64,000 bases of DNA from Ginglymostoma cirratum (Eukaryota): the NCBI GenBank assembly GCA_024137785.1, contig JAHRHZ010000018.1, positions 52,211,260-52,275,259 on the forward strand, given 5' to 3'. The translations under genes were made by a program, and so were the position numbers. Below are positions 63,255 through 64,000 of the stretch, in pieces; within the stretch, counting starts at the first letter, position 1; every line of letters starts with the position of its first letter. The notes below the pieces were generated by a model. The model searched no databases and was not told the DNA's origin. It saw nothing but the letters and a program-made list of their open reading frames with translations.

Positions 63255-63452
63255 CAGGCCAGGCAGCATGAGAGTAGCAGGAAAGTTGACGTTTCGGCTC
63301 AGGAACCTTCTTCAGAAAAGGGTCCCTTCTGAAGAAGGGTCCTGACCCGAAACGTCAGCTTTCCTGCTACTCTCATGCTGCCTGGCCTGCTGTGTTCCTC
63401 CAGTTCCACACTCTATTATCTCTGACTCCAACATCGGCAGTTCTTACTATCC
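63255..63452. mobile_element. 198-bp palindromic PLE-derived insertion (head-to-head terminal repeats), 14-bp TSD
   Basis: 63255-63317 pairs with 63327-63389; CTATATAAATTCAA at 63241-63254 and 63453-63466. Confidence 0.9.
63326..63360 (+). ncRNA. Minimal hammerhead ribozyme motif (a mutated mirror copy lies on the minus strand at ~63284-63318)
   Basis: tt-CTGAAGA-a-GGGT-cctg-ACCC-GAAA-CG-TC-ag; stem I is weak. Confidence 0.58.
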
Positions 63453-64000
63453 CTATATAAATTCAAGTTGTTATTGAGCAGATTTTGGAACCTCCCATTA
63501 AATTCAATAACGTTATATTCTGACGGTTCTACTTTCACATCTCTATCAGTATATAGATATCATAGATAGTACCAAATCAATTAGTCTTTCACCATGCTGC
63601 TGAGATCTGTGCTGTAAGGTTAAAGGGTGAAATTTGAGTGAAGCTGAAGATTTTAATGTTACCTGCAATACTTTTCTGCTAGTCTAATTTAGGATGGCTG
63701 ATGCTTCTTGTTAGATATTAGTATCCATCCTTGCCATATGCAAAAAGAAATTATTAACTTATTTTATTTGCTCTTCAGTATCTTATTTTAAAGGGGATAT
63801 CAAGTTAACAGAATTTAAATCTGAAGTCCTAGCAGTTAGACAATCTAAAAACTGATACCCGAAAAATGGTGCTTCCAAATACCACTGATATTCCTATGTG
63901 CACCGCCAACTGCACTTTGCTTCACACAGGATCAGTTCTTCAAACTGACTGAAGCAGGCCAGTGCCTTCTGGGTAAGTGCAAGTACTACAAACTTGGCTA

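Noticed and set aside
24923-63452. Recurring short palindromic repeats as a CRISPR array or as DNA-transposon MITEs
   Set aside because: They are dispersed, with no spacer periodicity or cas genes, in a eukaryotic context; they match PLE termini and have variable 10-15-bp TSDs.

Overview
Vertebrate genomic DNA, almost certainly from a cartilaginous fish (shark-type HE1/V-SINEs, Neptune-type Penelope elements, Tx1 and CR1 LINEs). The first ~20.3 kb has no recognisable transposon and holds the 5' end of BCL11A on the minus strand: coding exon 1 at 11518-11572, coding exon 2 at 6082-6414, and intron 2 running off the left edge. It also holds the promoter/5'UTR (with upstream AUGs and a hairpin), a broad CpG-rich domain and several probable conserved enhancers. 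From ~20.4 kb to the end the window is intergenic, nested transposon debris: CR1, L2 and Tx1 LINEs, SINEs, a decayed Gypsy element, Harbinger-like remnants, and many Penelope-like (PLE) pieces. Three observations stand out. (1) A clean 15,863-bp inversion (39733-55595); reversing it rejoins a retroviral gag zinc knuckle and a Tx1 LINE ORF2 at the same two junctions. (2) The rejoined provirus has a foamy/lokiretrovirus-like pol but a CCHC-bearing gag. (3) A young family of ~90-200-bp PLE-derived inserts carries minimal hammerhead-ribozyme motifs and 10-15-bp target duplications, with boundaries repeatedly at the ribozyme core. All assignments are by eye or from recalled motifs; no searches were run, and the boundaries of old elements are approximate.
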